Positions 54,865 through 64,000 of a DNA stretch of 64,000 bases are shown here, piece after piece (the stretch's first letter is position 1; each line of letters begins with the position of its first letter). The translations under genes and the position numbers were made by a program. Location: the NCBI GenBank assembly GCA_021324295.1, contig JAJPJJ010000082.1, positions 13,092-77,091 on the forward strand, in the 5' to 3' direction. The stretch is from Bacillota bacterium. GTDB lineage: Bacteria > Sysuimicrobiota > Sysuimicrobiia > Sysuimicrobiales > Segetimicrobiaceae. Under the pieces are notes generated by a model. The model was not told where the DNA came from, did not search any database, and saw nothing but the letters and a program-made list of their open reading frames with translations.

Positions 54865-55737
54865 GTGCGCCGGGCCGATCCGTCGCGCGTCGCGCGGTAC
54901 GGGATCCTGGCGATCCCGATGCTCTTTGTGGCGCTCTTCTTCATCGTTCCCCTCGCGCTGATGGTCGTGGGAAGCTTCTGGGAGCGGGCCGGGTTCTGGG
55001 TCCGGCCCGCTTTCTCCGTCCGCGCGTACGCGGAGTTCTTGACCGGGGTCCGCCTGTTTGTCCTCCGGCGGAGCCTCGCGGTCGCGGGCGTCGCCACGCT
55101 TGCTGGGCTCGTGATCGCCTACCCGATCGCGTACTTCCTGGCGCGGCATGTCCCCGAGCGGACGAGCCGGTCCATGCTGCTCCTCTTTACGGTCCCGTTC
55201 GTCATCAATTACGTGATCCGCAACTTCGCCTGGACCTACCTGCTCGGGCGGACCGGCCCGGTCAACGGCATGCTCATGGCCGCCGGCCTCATCCACCGTC
55301 CCCTCGACTGGCTGCTCTTCAGCGACGTCGCGGTCCTGGTGGGGTTGATCACATCCTACATGCCGTTCATGGTCTATCCCCTCTGGCTGGCGGTGGCGGC
55401 GGTGGACCGCCGGCTCGTGGAGGCGAGCTGGCTCCTGGGGGCCAACCCGCGCGTCACATTCCTCAAGGTTACGCTGCCTCTCTCGATGCCCGGGATCTTC
55501 GCGGCGGTCATCTTTGGCTTCGTCGGGTCCTTCGGGGAGAGCGCCGTGCCGATCATCCTCGGTGGCGTCGGCTATCAGATGATGGGCAACACGATCACGA
55601 GCACGCTCGGCGTCCTCAACTATCCCCTGGCTGCGGCGATGTCCAGCGTGGTGCTGGCTGCCATGCTCCTCTTCCTCGCCGGCTGGTATCTCGTCTTCGA
55701 CGTGCGGTCGTTTCTCGGGAAGCTCGTTCGGTGGTGA
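54865..55737 (+). CDS. ABC transporter permease (PotB-like)
   Basis: Permease topology with EAA loop (…VEASWLLGANPRVTFLKVTLP…). GTG chosen just after the SBP stop (alternative ATG 54829). Confidence 0.8.
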   Translation: MRRADPSRVARYGILAIPMLFVALFFIVPLALMVVGSFWERAGFWVRPAFSVRAYAEFLTGVRLFVLRRSLAVAGVATLAGLVIAYPIAYFLARHVPERTSRSMLLLFTVPFVINYVIRNFAWTYLLGRTGPVNGMLMAAGLIHRPLDWLLFSDVAVLVGLITSYMPFMVYPLWLAVAAVDRRLVEASWLLGANPRVTFLKVTLPLSMPGIFAAVIFGFVGSFGESAVPIILGGVGYQMMGNTITSTLGVLNYPLAAAMSSVVLAAMLLFLAGWYLVFDVRSFLGKLVRW

Positions 55738-55741
55738 GCGC

Positions 55742-56536
55742 ATGACGCGCGCCGCGGCGGCCCGGCTGGGGGCCTGGGCCCTCGTCGTCGGCACACTCGC
55801 GTTCCTGTACCTCCCGCTGGTGCCCCCGGTGCTGTTTTCCCTGCGCATCCCCGGAGAGAGCGCCGGCGGGGGGGCGACGCTCGCGGCGTACGCCGCGTTG
55901 TGGCGGAACCCGATCCTGACGGAGGCGATGCGGACGTCGGCGCTGCTGGCCGTGCTCACGGCGGTCGTCACGACGCCTATCGCGCTCCTCGCGGCGATGG
56001 GCGTCCGAGAGCTGAGCGCGCCGCGGGTGGTGCTCGTCCTCCTGCTGGTGCCTCTGTTCATCCCCGGCGTGAGCATGGGGCTCGCGGAGGCCTTTTTCTT
56101 CCGGCTGCTCGGGATCGCCCCGTCCCTCGTGACGATCCTGATCGTGCACGTCCTCTGGGCCCTGCCGTTCGCATTCCTGATCATCCTCACCGCGATGGCG
56201 GGCTTTGATATCGTGTATCTCGAGGCCGCGTACGTCCTCGGCGCCGGTCCGGCGCGGGCGTTCCTCGACGTGGAACTGCCGCTGATCCGCACAGGGATCC
56301 TGGGCGCCGGCACCTTCTCCCTCATCCTGTCGCTGAACGAGACGGTCCGGACCTCCCTCGTGCAGGGCCCGCTCAACACCGTCCAGACGTACATCTGGTC
56401 CACGTATCTGCAGGTGGGCCTCTCCCCCGAGCTCTATGCGATCATGAGCCTGTTGATCGGGCTGACGCTGGTGCTGATCTTCATCCTGCCGGCGCTGGCG
56501 CGGGCGCGGCCGCGCCCGGCATCCGAGGAGCGCTGA
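55742..56536 (+). CDS. ABC transporter permease (PotC-like)
   Basis: …LEAAYVLGAGPARAFLDVELPLIR… EAA loop. Confidence 0.85.
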   Translation: MTRAAAARLGAWALVVGTLAFLYLPLVPPVLFSLRIPGESAGGGATLAAYAALWRNPILTEAMRTSALLAVLTAVVTTPIALLAAMGVRELSAPRVVLVLLLVPLFIPGVSMGLAEAFFFRLLGIAPSLVTILIVHVLWALPFAFLIILTAMAGFDIVYLEAAYVLGAGPARAFLDVELPLIRTGILGAGTFSLILSLNETVRTSLVQGPLNTVQTYIWSTYLQVGLSPELYAIMSLLIGLTLVLIFILPALARARPRPASEER

Positions 56537-56544
56537 GCGCCGCG

Positions 56545-57615
56545 ATGCCGGAGCCGCTGCTGAGCCTCCACGAGGTCACGAAGCGATTCGGGAGCACCGT
56601 CGTCGCCGACCGCGTGAGCTTCGCCGTGCACCGCGGCGAGTTCTTCACGCTGCTGGGCCCGAGCGGCTCCGGGAAATCCACGATCCTCCGCATGATCGCC
56701 GGGCTGGAGCGGCCGGACCGCGGCCGCGTCCTGATCAGCGGGCGCGATATGGCCGACGTCCCGCCCTGGCGCCGGGGCCTCGGCATGGTGTTCCAGCAGT
56801 ACGCCGTCTTCCCCCATATGACGGTCGCCGACAACGTCGGCTACGGCCTGCGGGTCCGCAGGCTGCCCCGGGACGTCATCGAGGCGCGCGTGGCCGAGCT
56901 CCTGGCGCTCGTGGGGCTGGCCGGGATGGCGCGGAAGAACGTCACCGTGCTGAGCGGCGGCGAGCAGCAGCGGGTCGCGTTGGCGCGCGCCCTGGCGATC
57001 GAGCCGGCGCTCCTCCTGCTCGACGAGCCGCTGGGCGCGCTGGACGAGAAGATCCGCCGGGACATGCAGACGGAGTTGAAGGAGATCCAGCGGAAGACGG
57101 GCACGACGTTCGTGTACGTCACGCACGATCAGGAGGAGGCGTTGACGATGAGCGATCGCATCGCCGTCTTCCATCAGGGCGTCTGCGTGCAGTGCGACGC
57201 CCCCGAGGTCCTCTTCCGCCGGCCCCGCACGCGATTCGTCGCCGGCTTCTTTCGGGGCTCGAACCTCGTCGAGGGAGATGTCCTGGACCACACGGACACG
57301 CAGCTCCGCGTTCGCATCGGCGAGCGCAGCCTTGTCGTCGGACGCCCCCCGGGCCTTGTGCCGCGCGGGTCGCGCGTCGCCGTCGCCATTCGCGCCGAGA
57401 ACGTCCGCATCGGGTCGGCCGCGCGCCGGTGCTCCGTGCAGCTCGACGCCGTGGTGTCCGCCATCGTCTATCGGGGCACCACCGTCGACCACATCGTGGA
57501 GCTGCGGGACGGCCAGCGCCTCGCCGCGACCTCGACGCGGCGCGAGATCGACGCTCCGGGCGCGAGGACGCCGTGCGGATTCGATCCCGAGGACGTCGTC
57601 GTCCTCGAGGACTGA
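56545..57615 (+). CDS. ABC transporter ATP-binding protein (PotA-like)
   Basis: Walker A GPSGSGKST, signature SGGEQQRVALARA, Walker B LLLDEPLG. Confidence 0.9.
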   Translation: MPEPLLSLHEVTKRFGSTVVADRVSFAVHRGEFFTLLGPSGSGKSTILRMIAGLERPDRGRVLISGRDMADVPPWRRGLGMVFQQYAVFPHMTVADNVGYGLRVRRLPRDVIEARVAELLALVGLAGMARKNVTVLSGGEQQRVALARALAIEPALLLLDEPLGALDEKIRRDMQTELKEIQRKTGTTFVYVTHDQEEALTMSDRIAVFHQGVCVQCDAPEVLFRRPRTRFVAGFFRGSNLVEGDVLDHTDTQLRVRIGERSLVVGRPPGLVPRGSRVAVAIRAENVRIGSAARRCSVQLDAVVSAIVYRGTTVDHIVELRDGQRLAATSTRREIDAPGARTPCGFDPEDVVVLED

Positions 57616-57621
57616 GGCTGT

Positions 57622-58305
57622 CTAGGTCCCGGAGGGGTCCGGCTGGTGCCCGAGCGCGGCCTGCGCGATGATCCGCGCCGCCCGGAGCATCGTCTCCAGG
57701 CTCATGGAGCTCAGGTCCGCTCGCTGGTGGAGCTCGACGGCATGGCTGTCGCGCAGCTGCCTGAGGAGGTCGGCGACCTGCTCGGGCAGGTACGGCAGGT
57801 GGACGAAGCCGCACGGCACGCACGTGCCCGGCCGCTGGCTTTCGCGCAGGAACGTGTACATCGTGGCGTTACAGAGGAAGTTCCCGGCGGAGCTGGAGAG
57901 GCGCGCTGGGATGCCTGCGTCCAGGAGCGCCTGCAGAATGGCGTCGAGGGGGAGCCTGGAGGGAAGCGCGAGGGGGCCGCCAGGCTCCACAGGCGCGTTC
58001 GCCACGAGAGCCCCGTCGTTGTCGGGGATCTCGAAATGGGCCAGGTTGAGGGCGACGCGCTCCAGCCGCACCGCGGGCTCGCCAGGCCACAGGCCGAGGC
58101 TCAGAATCAGCACGGGATCGAACTGGCTCAGGAGATCCCGGGCTCGCTGCCTCAACGTGGCGAACGAGACGGGCAGGAGTCGCCCGACGACCGGCACGCC
58201 GGCCACCTCCGCGCCGTCCAGCCGGCGGACGATCTCCGCGGAGGGGTTGATCGCCCTCCCCCCGTACGGCTCGAATCCCGTCACCAGCGCTACGGCGCGG
58301 TTCAT
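57622..58305 (-). CDS. pcp: Pyroglutamyl-peptidase I
   Basis: …VALVTGFEPYGG…NPS… and the catalytic Cys context …SAGNFLCNATMY…. Confidence 0.85.
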   Translation of the reverse strand: MNRAVALVTGFEPYGGRAINPSAEIVRRLDGAEVAGVPVVGRLLPVSFATLRQRARDLLSQFDPVLILSLGLWPGEPAVRLERVALNLAHFEIPDNDGALVANAPVEPGGPLALPSRLPLDAILQALLDAGIPARLSSSAGNFLCNATMYTFLRESQRPGTCVPCGFVHLPYLPEQVADLLRQLRDSHAVELHQRADLSSMSLETMLRAARIIAQAALGHQPDPSGT

Positions 58306-58892
58306 GCGTGTCGCGGTACCGGCTGCATCATCGCGGGGCCCCATCGCCCGGTTCACACCGCTCCGGGCCCGCCTCGCACGCTGGAATTCCTGCCGCGGCC
58401 CCGCCGTCCCTGCCGGTGGCCGCGGCCCCGATGCTGCCGTTGCGCTGGGCTCGCGGTCAGCCCAGCCGGTCGAGGCAGGCCTCGACGCGGGCGCAGGCGC
58501 GCCGCGCGGCGTCGATCACCACGTTCCGCCGGGCGATGGCGGGGTTGAACCCTGTGAGGCGCGCCTGGGACACGCTGTCGGTATCGATCACGAGGTGTCG
58601 CCTCCTCGCGCACTTCGCGGCGGACGCCTGCGTCCTCCGTGCGGGCGCGGCCCCGCTGAACGACACGGCGATCAGGCGGGGCACGTGCAGGATGCCGGTG
58701 GGTTCGGGAGGGAGGTGGGCCTCCTCCTCCGATCGGGCAGGGAGGTCGCCGAGAGGCGGAGGGATCGATGGCCCTTCCGCCGTATCGTCCTCTTTCGATG
58801 CTGCGTCGATGGACGCCGACGTCCGGGCCCGTCGGGCAGCGCCCAGGTCGTGAGATAGAGCCGGCCGCTCTCAGGGGCCGAGGGGGCGCGCG

Positions 58893-60434
58893 ATGAAGGG
58901 ATGGGGGATCTTGCTCCTCGCCGGTATCGTCGTCGCCGGTCTGCTGACCGACGTCTCCGCCCAGGGCGTGAGGAGAGGGGGGATGCTGCGGGCCGGCCTC
59001 GATCGCGATCCACCTACGATGGATCCGCACCTCTCGGGGTCCGCGGTCGATCGGCAGGTGTATCAGAATCTCTACGATAAGCTCGTGGATACGGATCAGA
59101 ACCTGGCCATCGTCCCGATGCTGGCGACCTCGTGGACGATCAGCCCGGACGGCCGGACCGTGACGCTCACGCTGCGGCAGGGCGTCAGGTTCCACGACGG
59201 GACCCCGTTTGGCGCCGATGCGGTCCGGGCCAACTTCGAGCGAATGCTGTTCGACCCGAAGTTCCCGTCGGTGCGGCGCAGCGAGCTCAGGCCGGTGCAG
59301 AAGGTCGTCGCCGTCAACCCGTCCACCGTGCAGATCCAGCTCGAGCGGCCGTACAGCCCGCTGCTCTACGTGTTGACCGATCGAGCCGGCATGATGGTGT
59401 CCCCCGCCGCCGCCCAGCGAGAGGGCACAAACTACGCGCTTCACCCCGTGGGAACCGGGCCCTTTCGGTTCGTGGAGCGGGTCCCGCAGGACCACATCAC
59501 GCTGGAGCGCAACGCCGACTACTGGCAGAAGGGGCTGCCCTACCTCGACCGCATCGTGTATCGGACGTTCACCGACGACAGCATCCGGGTCGCGAACCTC
59601 AAGTCGGGCGACGTGGACATCATCAACATCGTGCCGCTCCCGCAGGTGAGGCAACTGGCCAGGGAGGCGGCGCAGCCCGGCGCCCGGTTCCGGCTGCTCG
59701 AGCACGGGACGTTTCCGTGGACGGCGCTCTCGCTCAACGTCAGCAAGCCGCCCTTCGACAACAAGCTGCTCCGGCAGGCGGTCAACGCGGCCGTTGACCG
59801 GGAGGCGCTCGCCGGCGTTGTGCTGCAGGGGGCGGCCTACCCGGCCTATGCCCCGTTCCCGAACGGAACCCCCGCGTACGACCCGGCGTGGAAGCTGCCT
59901 CCTCGAAGCATCGCCCAGGTCAAGGAGAAACTGCGGGCGGCGGGCCACCCGAGCGGCTTCGCGTTCACGCTCCTCACCCAGCCGGGACAGATGCGCGCGG
60001 CCGTGGCGCAGGCGGTCCAGGCGATGCTTGCCGAGGCCGGCATTCAGGTGAAGATCGAGGTCGGGGACGAGGGTACGGTCATCGACGCGATCAGCCACGC
60101 GCGGCACGAGGCGGCCGTCATCGAGTGGAGCGGGCGCCCGGATCCGGACTTCGATATCTACCCGTTCGTCACGGAATCCGGGCTCGGATCGTTCAACTAC
60201 TCGGCGTACACGAACCCGCGCGTCCAGACGCTCCTGGACGCGGCGCGGTACCTGACCGATATGAGCCAGCGCCGGCGCGCGTACGCCGAGGTGACCAGGA
60301 TCCTCGCGGACGACGCGCCGTATGTGTGGCTGTACTTTCCCAAGGAGTACAAGCTCGTCTCGACCCGGGTGCGCGGCTTCGTCCACGTGCCCGACGGGAT
60401 GATGCGCTTCCGGACGGTCTGGCTCGCCCCCTGA
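58893..60434 (+). CDS. ABC transporter substrate-binding protein, family 5 (Dpp/Opp-like), orphan
   Basis: Signal peptide MKGWGILLLAGIVVAGLLTDVSA. Family-5 SBP body (…LVDTDQNLAIVPMLATSW…). No permease genes adjacent. Confidence 0.85.
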   Translation: MKGWGILLLAGIVVAGLLTDVSAQGVRRGGMLRAGLDRDPPTMDPHLSGSAVDRQVYQNLYDKLVDTDQNLAIVPMLATSWTISPDGRTVTLTLRQGVRFHDGTPFGADAVRANFERMLFDPKFPSVRRSELRPVQKVVAVNPSTVQIQLERPYSPLLYVLTDRAGMMVSPAAAQREGTNYALHPVGTGPFRFVERVPQDHITLERNADYWQKGLPYLDRIVYRTFTDDSIRVANLKSGDVDIINIVPLPQVRQLAREAAQPGARFRLLEHGTFPWTALSLNVSKPPFDNKLLRQAVNAAVDREALAGVVLQGAAYPAYAPFPNGTPAYDPAWKLPPRSIAQVKEKLRAAGHPSGFAFTLLTQPGQMRAAVAQAVQAMLAEAGIQVKIEVGDEGTVIDAISHARHEAAVIEWSGRPDPDFDIYPFVTESGLGSFNYSAYTNPRVQTLLDAARYLTDMSQRRRAYAEVTRILADDAPYVWLYFPKEYKLVSTRVRGFVHVPDGMMRFRTVWLAP

Positions 60435-60532
60435 GAGGCCGCGGGCGCGAGGGCGGCCGCCCCGCCTCCCGGGGCGCAACCCGCCGTGCCCTGCACACCC
60501 GTGGCTCGTGGAGAGCGGGAAGCGATCCGCGC

Positions 60533-60799
60533 TTACTTGGGCGTCAGATCATGGGCCTCCACCACGCGGGTGAAGGGAATCTTGGCCGCCTCGTTCACCT
60601 CGCGGACGACCGCGGCGTTCGGGGCTTCGAACAGGCACATGCAGTGGGCCTCGCCCGGGACGAACGTGCTGCGGATGTAGCGCACCGGCCTGCCTTCCCT
60701 GGCGAACCTGGCGCTCGCCTCCGCCGCGCGCCGCTGGGCGTCGGCGAGCTGCTCGAGCGTGATCCCCGGAAGCATCCGGTCTGCGATGTAGAACGGCAT
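60533..60799 (-). CDS. DUF4242-family small protein
   Basis: MPFYIADRMLPGITLEQLADAQRRA…HCMCLFEAPNAAVVREVNEAA… matches the DUF4242 pattern as I recall it. Confidence 0.65.
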   Translation of the reverse strand: MPFYIADRMLPGITLEQLADAQRRAAEASARFAREGRPVRYIRSTFVPGEAHCMCLFEAPNAAVVREVNEAAKIPFTRVVEAHDLTPK

Positions 60800-60850
60800 G
60801 GCTATCGCCTCCCGCGTGGCCGTCTGGCGTCCTCCGCCGCTTCCGCCCCG

Positions 60851-63436
60851 CTACCGCGGGTCCTGCCCCAGCCCGTGCTCCGCGGCCCACGCGGCGATCT
60901 GGGCGCGGGAGCGGAGGCCGAGCTTGTTGAGGATGTGCTGGACGTGGTTCGCCGCCGTGCCCTCGGTGATGACCAGCGCGGAGGCGATGTCCCGGTTCGT
61001 GTGCCCCTGCGCGATCAGCGCGGCCACCTCCCGCTCGCGGCTCGTGAGCGGGCCGGGGACATTCCCGGGGATGCGCGCCGCCGCGGCGCCGGCCCCTTCC
61101 GCCGCGGGCGCAGCGGCCGTCAGGCCGTCCGCGACCGCCTGCTCCGTCGTCATCTGCCGGCCCGCGGCCCAGGCCTCTGCGAACGCCCGCTTCCCGAGCC
61201 GCTTCCGCGCGATGGCCGCGGTGCGCTCGCAGTCCGCGCGGTGCGCCGGCGGTAACTGCGCGCCGATCGATCCCCGCAGCGCCTCGGCCGCGCCGAGCAG
61301 CCGCGCCGCCCGCTCCGGCTTCCGCATAGCGGCAGCGATTCCTGCCAGGTGCGCGAGGCACTCGGCGATCCCGGACTTGTCGCCGAGGTCGCGGCGCAGC
61401 GTCAGGCTCTGCCGGAGGAGCTCCGCCGCGCGGGCGCCGTCTCCTCTGAGTCGGGCCGCGACCCCGAGGCTGACGAGCACCGTCGTGATCCCCCACGCAT
61501 CCGCGAGCTCCCGGAACAGGCCCAGGCTCTCGTTGAAGAGCGCCTCGGCCTTCGCGTGCTCGCCTCGATCCCGCGCCACCAACCCAAGCGAGTGGAGCGC
61601 GAACGCGACCCGGGACTGATCGCCGAGGTCGCGGCTGAGGCGCAGGCTCTCCCGGCCCGCGGCCTCGGCCCGCTCGTAGTCCCCTTGATCGCGGGCCACG
61701 AGTCCCAGGAAGTGCAACGTGGCCGCGCCCCCGGAGGCGTCCCCGAGGCTCCGGAACAGCTCGAGGCTCTCTTCGAGCGCCGCGCGCGCCCGCGTGTAGT
61801 TGCCCCGGAGTCGCGCGGCGTTCCCGACCATGATCAGCGTCGTGGCGACGCCCCACGTGTCGCCCATCTCGCGGAACAAGGCGAGGCTCTCCTCGGGCAG
61901 GGCCTCGGCGCGCTCGTGGTCGCCCCGGGCCCGCGCGACCTGCTCGAGGAGGGAGATCGCGGAGGCCATGCCGAGCCGGTCCCCGCGCGAACGGGCGACG
62001 GCCAGGCTCTCCTGGCCCAGCGCCTGGGCCTGCGCGTACTCCCCCTGCCGCCACGCCAGGAACCCCGCCCCGTACAGCGCTCGCGCGCGGGCGCCCGGCG
62101 GCGCATGGGAGCTCCCCGCAAGGGCCCTCCGGAGCCAGGCGCGGCCCTCGCTCAGGTAGCCGCGGGCGTGCCAGAACCACCACAACGCGGCGGCCATGCG
62201 CAGCGCGTCGTCCCCTGAGCTTCCTTCCAGTGCGAAGGCGAGCGCCTCCCGGAGGTTATCGTGCTCGACCTCGAGCCGTCGGACCCACCGCTGCTGATCC
62301 GGACCCTGCAGCTCGGGCTCGGCCCGCTCCGCGAGCCCGAGACACCAGTCCCTGTGGCGGGCGAGGGCCTCCGCCTGTCCCCCCGATTCCAGCAGCCTGT
62401 CGCGGCCGTACCGGCGGACCGTGTCTTGGAGCCGGTACCGCGCCTGCCCGCCGTGATCCTCGACCAGGACGAGGGACTTATCCACGAGCTGCGAGAGCAC
62501 GTCCAGGATCTCCGAGGCGGCGATGCCGCGCCCCGCACAGACGGCCTCGGCCGCCTCCAGGTCGAACCCGCCCGCGAACACCGCGACCCGCTGGAAGAGC
62601 GCGCGCTCCTTCTCGGAGAGCAGGGTGTGGCTCCACTCGATCGCCGCCCGCAGCGTCTGGTGTCGCGGGAGCGCCGTGCGGCTGCCGCCCGTTAGCAAGC
62701 GGAAGCAGTCGTCCAGGCGGTCGGCGACCTCCTCCACCGAGAGCACCCTCACCCGGGCCGCTGCGAGCTCGATCGCGAGCGGCAGCCCGTCCACGCGGCG
62801 GCACGCCCGCGCGACCGCCCTGAGGTTCCGCTCGCTGAGCGCGAACTCCGGGCTGACGAAGAGCGCGCGCTCGACGAACAGGCGCACCGCCTCGGCGCGC
62901 ATCAGATCTTCGCAGGAGGCCTGCGGATCGCTGCCGGGCAGCGACAGCGGCGGGATACGATAGGTCAGCTCGCCGGGGATCGCCAGCGGTTCCCGGCTGG
63001 TGACCATGATCCGCACCGAGGGGCAGGCGCGCACCACGGCATCCGCCAGGTGCGCGCTGGCGGAGACGAGATGCTCGCAGTTGTCCAGGACGAGGAGGAG
63101 CGATGCCGGCCGGAGGAACTCCACGAGCGACTCCGTGACCGTCCGCCCGGGCTCCTCGGGCACCCGGAGCGCCGCCGCGACCGTATGGGGGACGAGGCCG
63201 GGATCCGAGAGCGGCGCGAGGTCGACGAACCACACACCCCCGGGGAAGGTATCGAGTAGCCCAGCGGCAACCTCGAGGGCGAGCCGCGTCTTTCCGACGC
63301 CGCCCGGTCCGGCGAGCGTGACCAGGCGCGCTGTGCCGACAAGGCGCGTGACCTCCTCGATCTCGCGGTCCCGGCCGACGAAGCTCGTCGCCTGGGCGGG
63401 CAGGTTGTGCCGTCCCTCCGTTGCCGGTCCTGTCAT
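60851..63436 (-). CDS. Large ATP-binding LuxR-family regulator (LAL type): NB-ARC/AAA ATPase + TPR repeats + C-terminal LuxR HTH
   Basis: Walker A …LVTLAGPGGVGKTRLALEVA…. Multiple TPR-like repeats (ALxxxG…). C-terminal …LTSREREVAALIAQGHTNRDIASALVITEGTAANHVQHILNKLG…. Confidence 0.85.
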   Translation of the reverse strand: MTGPATEGRHNLPAQATSFVGRDREIEEVTRLVGTARLVTLAGPGGVGKTRLALEVAAGLLDTFPGGVWFVDLAPLSDPGLVPHTVAAALRVPEEPGRTVTESLVEFLRPASLLLVLDNCEHLVSASAHLADAVVRACPSVRIMVTSREPLAIPGELTYRIPPLSLPGSDPQASCEDLMRAEAVRLFVERALFVSPEFALSERNLRAVARACRRVDGLPLAIELAAARVRVLSVEEVADRLDDCFRLLTGGSRTALPRHQTLRAAIEWSHTLLSEKERALFQRVAVFAGGFDLEAAEAVCAGRGIAASEILDVLSQLVDKSLVLVEDHGGQARYRLQDTVRRYGRDRLLESGGQAEALARHRDWCLGLAERAEPELQGPDQQRWVRRLEVEHDNLREALAFALEGSSGDDALRMAAALWWFWHARGYLSEGRAWLRRALAGSSHAPPGARARALYGAGFLAWRQGEYAQAQALGQESLAVARSRGDRLGMASAISLLEQVARARGDHERAEALPEESLALFREMGDTWGVATTLIMVGNAARLRGNYTRARAALEESLELFRSLGDASGGAATLHFLGLVARDQGDYERAEAAGRESLRLSRDLGDQSRVAFALHSLGLVARDRGEHAKAEALFNESLGLFRELADAWGITTVLVSLGVAARLRGDGARAAELLRQSLTLRRDLGDKSGIAECLAHLAGIAAAMRKPERAARLLGAAEALRGSIGAQLPPAHRADCERTAAIARKRLGKRAFAEAWAAGRQMTTEQAVADGLTAAAPAAEGAGAAAARIPGNVPGPLTSREREVAALIAQGHTNRDIASALVITEGTAANHVQHILNKLGLRSRAQIAAWAAEHGLGQDPR

Positions 63437-63627
63437 AGCCGGCGTCCTCGCAGCCCGCACGACCACATCGCGGGGATCGCAGAGTCGCCTAGCCGTTCGG
63501 CGGGAGCGCGGGTCTCTCCTCGCCCGCGCACAACGCCTTGCGACCCCTTGCCTCCCTGGCGCAACGGTCACGAGACGTGTCATCGGCCGCGAAGGCGCAC
63601 GAAAGACGGCCCGGCGCGCGCGGGGGA

Positions 63628-64000
63628 TTACACCGCGAGAGGATGGAAAATGGAGGACAGCACGACGGCGGCCAGCAGGGCGGCCGCGCCCAGACCGGCC
63701 GCGAGCGCCGTCACCTCCGTGGGCCGGGTCTCCCACCCGACGCTGCGGGCGAGCGTGCGGTAGATGTCGCGCAGCCGCTCCGCCGACGACGCGCGGTAGT
63801 ACGCGCCGCCCGTGCGCTGCGCGACCGCCTGGAGGGTTTCCTCGTCGACGGGGCCGCCGATCGTGAAGGCCCGGTCGGAGGAGACCGGCTGCCCGACCCC
63901 CACCGTGTAGACCGTGACGCCCTCGCGCCGCGCGATGTCGGCGGCCTCGAGCGGCTCCATCCCGCTGTTGTTCTGTCCGTCGGAGAGCAGGACCACGATG
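63628..64000 (-). CDS. VWA-domain protein (BatA/BatB-like), C-terminal part; the gene runs past the window end
   Basis: …VLLSDGQNN…TVYTVGVG… VWA C-terminal motifs plus a terminal TM anchor. Confidence 0.7.
   Translation of the reverse strand, partial: IVVLLSDGQNNSGMEPLEAADIARREGVTVYTVGVGQPVSSDRAFTIGGPVDEETLQAVAQRTGGAYYRASSAERLRDIYRTLARSVGWETRPTEVTALAAGLGAAALLAAVVLSSIFHPLAV

Noticed and set aside
58353-62183. Minus-strand ORFs 58353-60479 and 60549-62183 and plus-strand 59888-61255
   Set aside because: Antisense or off-frame to the family-5 SBP and the LAL regulator. No motifs; Arg/Gly-rich.
1-64000. CRISPR arrays, rRNA, IS elements/transposases
   Set aside because: No regularly spaced direct repeats, no rRNA-like segments and no transposase/integrase-like ORFs were seen on reading the sequence.

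Overview
This is a ~70% GC, densely packed bacterial chromosomal window. Both strands carry long shadow ORFs typical of high-GC DNA, so calls rest on recognisable protein families, SD-ATG/GTG geometry and operon-style overlaps (ATGA/GTGA). I support about 58 protein genes, one tRNA-Thr(CGT), one near-consensus sigma-70-type promoter and one perfect hairpin terminator. I see no CRISPR array, rRNA, transposase or integrase.

Gene content is mostly catabolic or transport:
- 1-13250: a peptide-type ABC importer followed by a tight, mostly overlapping plus-strand gene string of unusual composition. It holds an Ldh_2 dehydrogenase, an SDR epimerase, an AstE/AspA-family deacylase, a dihydroorotase-like cyclic amidohydrolase, a VOC protein, a class-III aminotransferase and a 2-hydroxyacid dehydrogenase. 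I propose it as an uncharacterised pathway for a cyclic amidine, ureide or N-acyl-diamino acid.
- 13289-17906: a BNR protein, a secreted Pro-rich protein, an orphan NarL-type regulator and a sporulation-associated pair (CAP/YkwD-like and GerW/YtfJ-like).
- 18005-21316: a PAS-GGDEF cyclase that overlaps convergently with an alkyltransferase-like (ATL, PWQRV motif) gene. Next to it is a low-GC island with a Lys-rich 14-codon uORF and a structured leader in front of an M29 aminopeptidase.
- 22454-29396: glycogen/trehalose-type enzymes (debranching enzyme, GH15) together with trxB and pyk.
- 29580-36447: a sugar ABC importer with an FGGY kinase and a class-II aldolase.
- 36453-40488: a glycolipid operon (lipid kinase, MGDG-synthase-like glycosyltransferase, MFS transporter, polysaccharide deacetylase).
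- 40878-42554: gamma-glutamyltransferase.
- 42626-45169: tRNA-Thr flanked by a small membrane protein and a bacterial homolog of the ST7 family.
- 45589-58305: a DeoR-regulated Fbp/Thi-type ABC system, a GH1 beta-glucosidase, a PotABCD-like importer and pcp.
- 58893-64000: an orphan family-5 binding protein, a DUF4242 protein, an 862-aa LAL-type regulator (ATPase-TPR-LuxR) and the start of a VWA-domain gene.
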